Of a DNA stretch of 58,824 bases, positions 58,007 to 58,824 are shown piece by piece (the first letter of the stretch is position 1; each line of letters begins with the position of its first letter). Origin of the DNA: Nemertoderma westbladi (Eukaryota; Animalia; Xenacoelomorpha); NCBI GenBank assembly GCA_032718475.1, contig JAUCBJ010003222.1:1-58824 (forward strand), written 5' to 3'. The notes beneath the pieces were generated by a model. The model was not told the origin of the DNA. It worked only from the letters and a program-made list of their open reading frames with translations, and ran no database searches. The translations under genes were made by a program, and so were the position numbers.

Positions 58007-58824
58007 ATGTCGGACACAACCCAATCACTGTCGGATAGTCTTTTGGAAAGTGTTAGAATGACTGTTAGACAGTGTCTTAAAAAGATCAGTGACCCAGATC
58101 CCAGTATAGAACATCCTAGATCCAAGTCTAAGTCACCTCCTGCTGTAAGAAAGGCCATCCCTACCGTAGTAGTGTCAGACCCTAGACTAGTAGAACACCG
58201 TAGGTCTATCATCGGCACTCGGGCCCAAGTCAAGCGGGATCAAGAAGCAGCTATCAAACAGCAGCAACCTCCTAGCCCAGAACCTAGTTCTCAGCGGCCC
58301 GATGGCTCCAGTTGTTCGGATACTGCTGAGCGGAGACCCGAACGCGGAGCGAAGATGGCGGATACGGTTTATGATGAGCGACCAACCTTTGAAGAATCAA
58401 CCGACGCTGCTTCTCCTCAAGTGGAAAGCGAAGTGGAAAGCGAAGTGGAAAGCGAATTAACAGCAGCAGAGAAGCCGCGAACTAGAGATGCCATTGACAT
58501 CTATCTGTCAGACTATCAGCGATTCATAGGAGACGAAGAGTTGAGGAGACGACTGTCTGGACTTCGCCCTAATAGTGAAGGAACCAAGCTTGTGTTGGAC
58601 GCACTCGATGCTGAAATGTTAGCTGCAAACCAAGCTGAATGTGATGAAAAACTCCGCCTCGTTAGAGTCCAAGAAGAACAAATAAAGAAAAGAAGGATAG
58701 AGGAACAAAAGGCGGCGGCTATGGCGGCGGCTATGGCAGATGCAGAAGCCGAAAGAAAGGCAAAAGCGGCAGAAGCAGAAGCCGAAAGAAAGGCAGCGGC
58801 GAAGCAGAAGCAGAAAGAAAGAAG
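58007..58824 (+). CDS. ORF open to window end (>=272 aa), acidic/coiled-coil; possibly a retroelement ORF1/Gag or a host exon
   Basis: ATG at 58007 (AAACATGT), no stop to the end; MSDTTQ...EEQIKKRRIEEQKAAAMAAAM; upstream TTTATAG acceptor-like site; absent from the ORF track because it has no stop. Confidence 0.6.
   Translation, partial: MSDTTQSLSDSLLESVRMTVRQCLKKISDPDPSIEHPRSKSKSPPAVRKAIPTVVVSDPRLVEHRRSIIGTRAQVKRDQEAAIKQQQPPSPEPSSQRPDGSSCSDTAERRPERGAKMADTVYDERPTFEESTDAASPQVESEVESEVESELTAAEKPRTRDAIDIYLSDYQRFIGDEELRRRLSGLRPNSEGTKLVLDALDAEMLAANQAECDEKLRLVRVQEEQIKKRRIEEQKAAAMAAAMADAEAERKAKAAEAEAERKAAAKQKQKER

Overview
AT-rich metazoan (probably marine invertebrate) genomic DNA made almost entirely of nested transposable elements and tandem repeats; I recognise no intact host gene. 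Main elements: RTE LINE fragments; a Gypsy protease relic; two halves of a TTAA/piggyBac-like element; an EnSpm-type element; a CR1-group LINE (2A-like peptide, PHD, APE, RT; 66-bp TSD) split by a young Gag-only BEL/Pao-like LTR element with identical LTRs and a long hairpin array; a decayed hAT; and a ~2.96-kb chimeric tandem unit (x~2.6). That unit carries an HDV-like-ribozyme-headed short RTE derivative and a deleted transposase, into which an intact 1099-aa hATw-like transposon has jumped. Further right are a PRP19 gene fragment, a decayed Helitron-like PIF1+GIY-YIG gene whose Walker-B segment has become an 18-copy 105-bp satellite, a minimal hammerhead, an ISL2EU-like element with a YqaJ relic, and an ORF running off the right end. 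All family assignments come from motif recognition by eye, not database searches.
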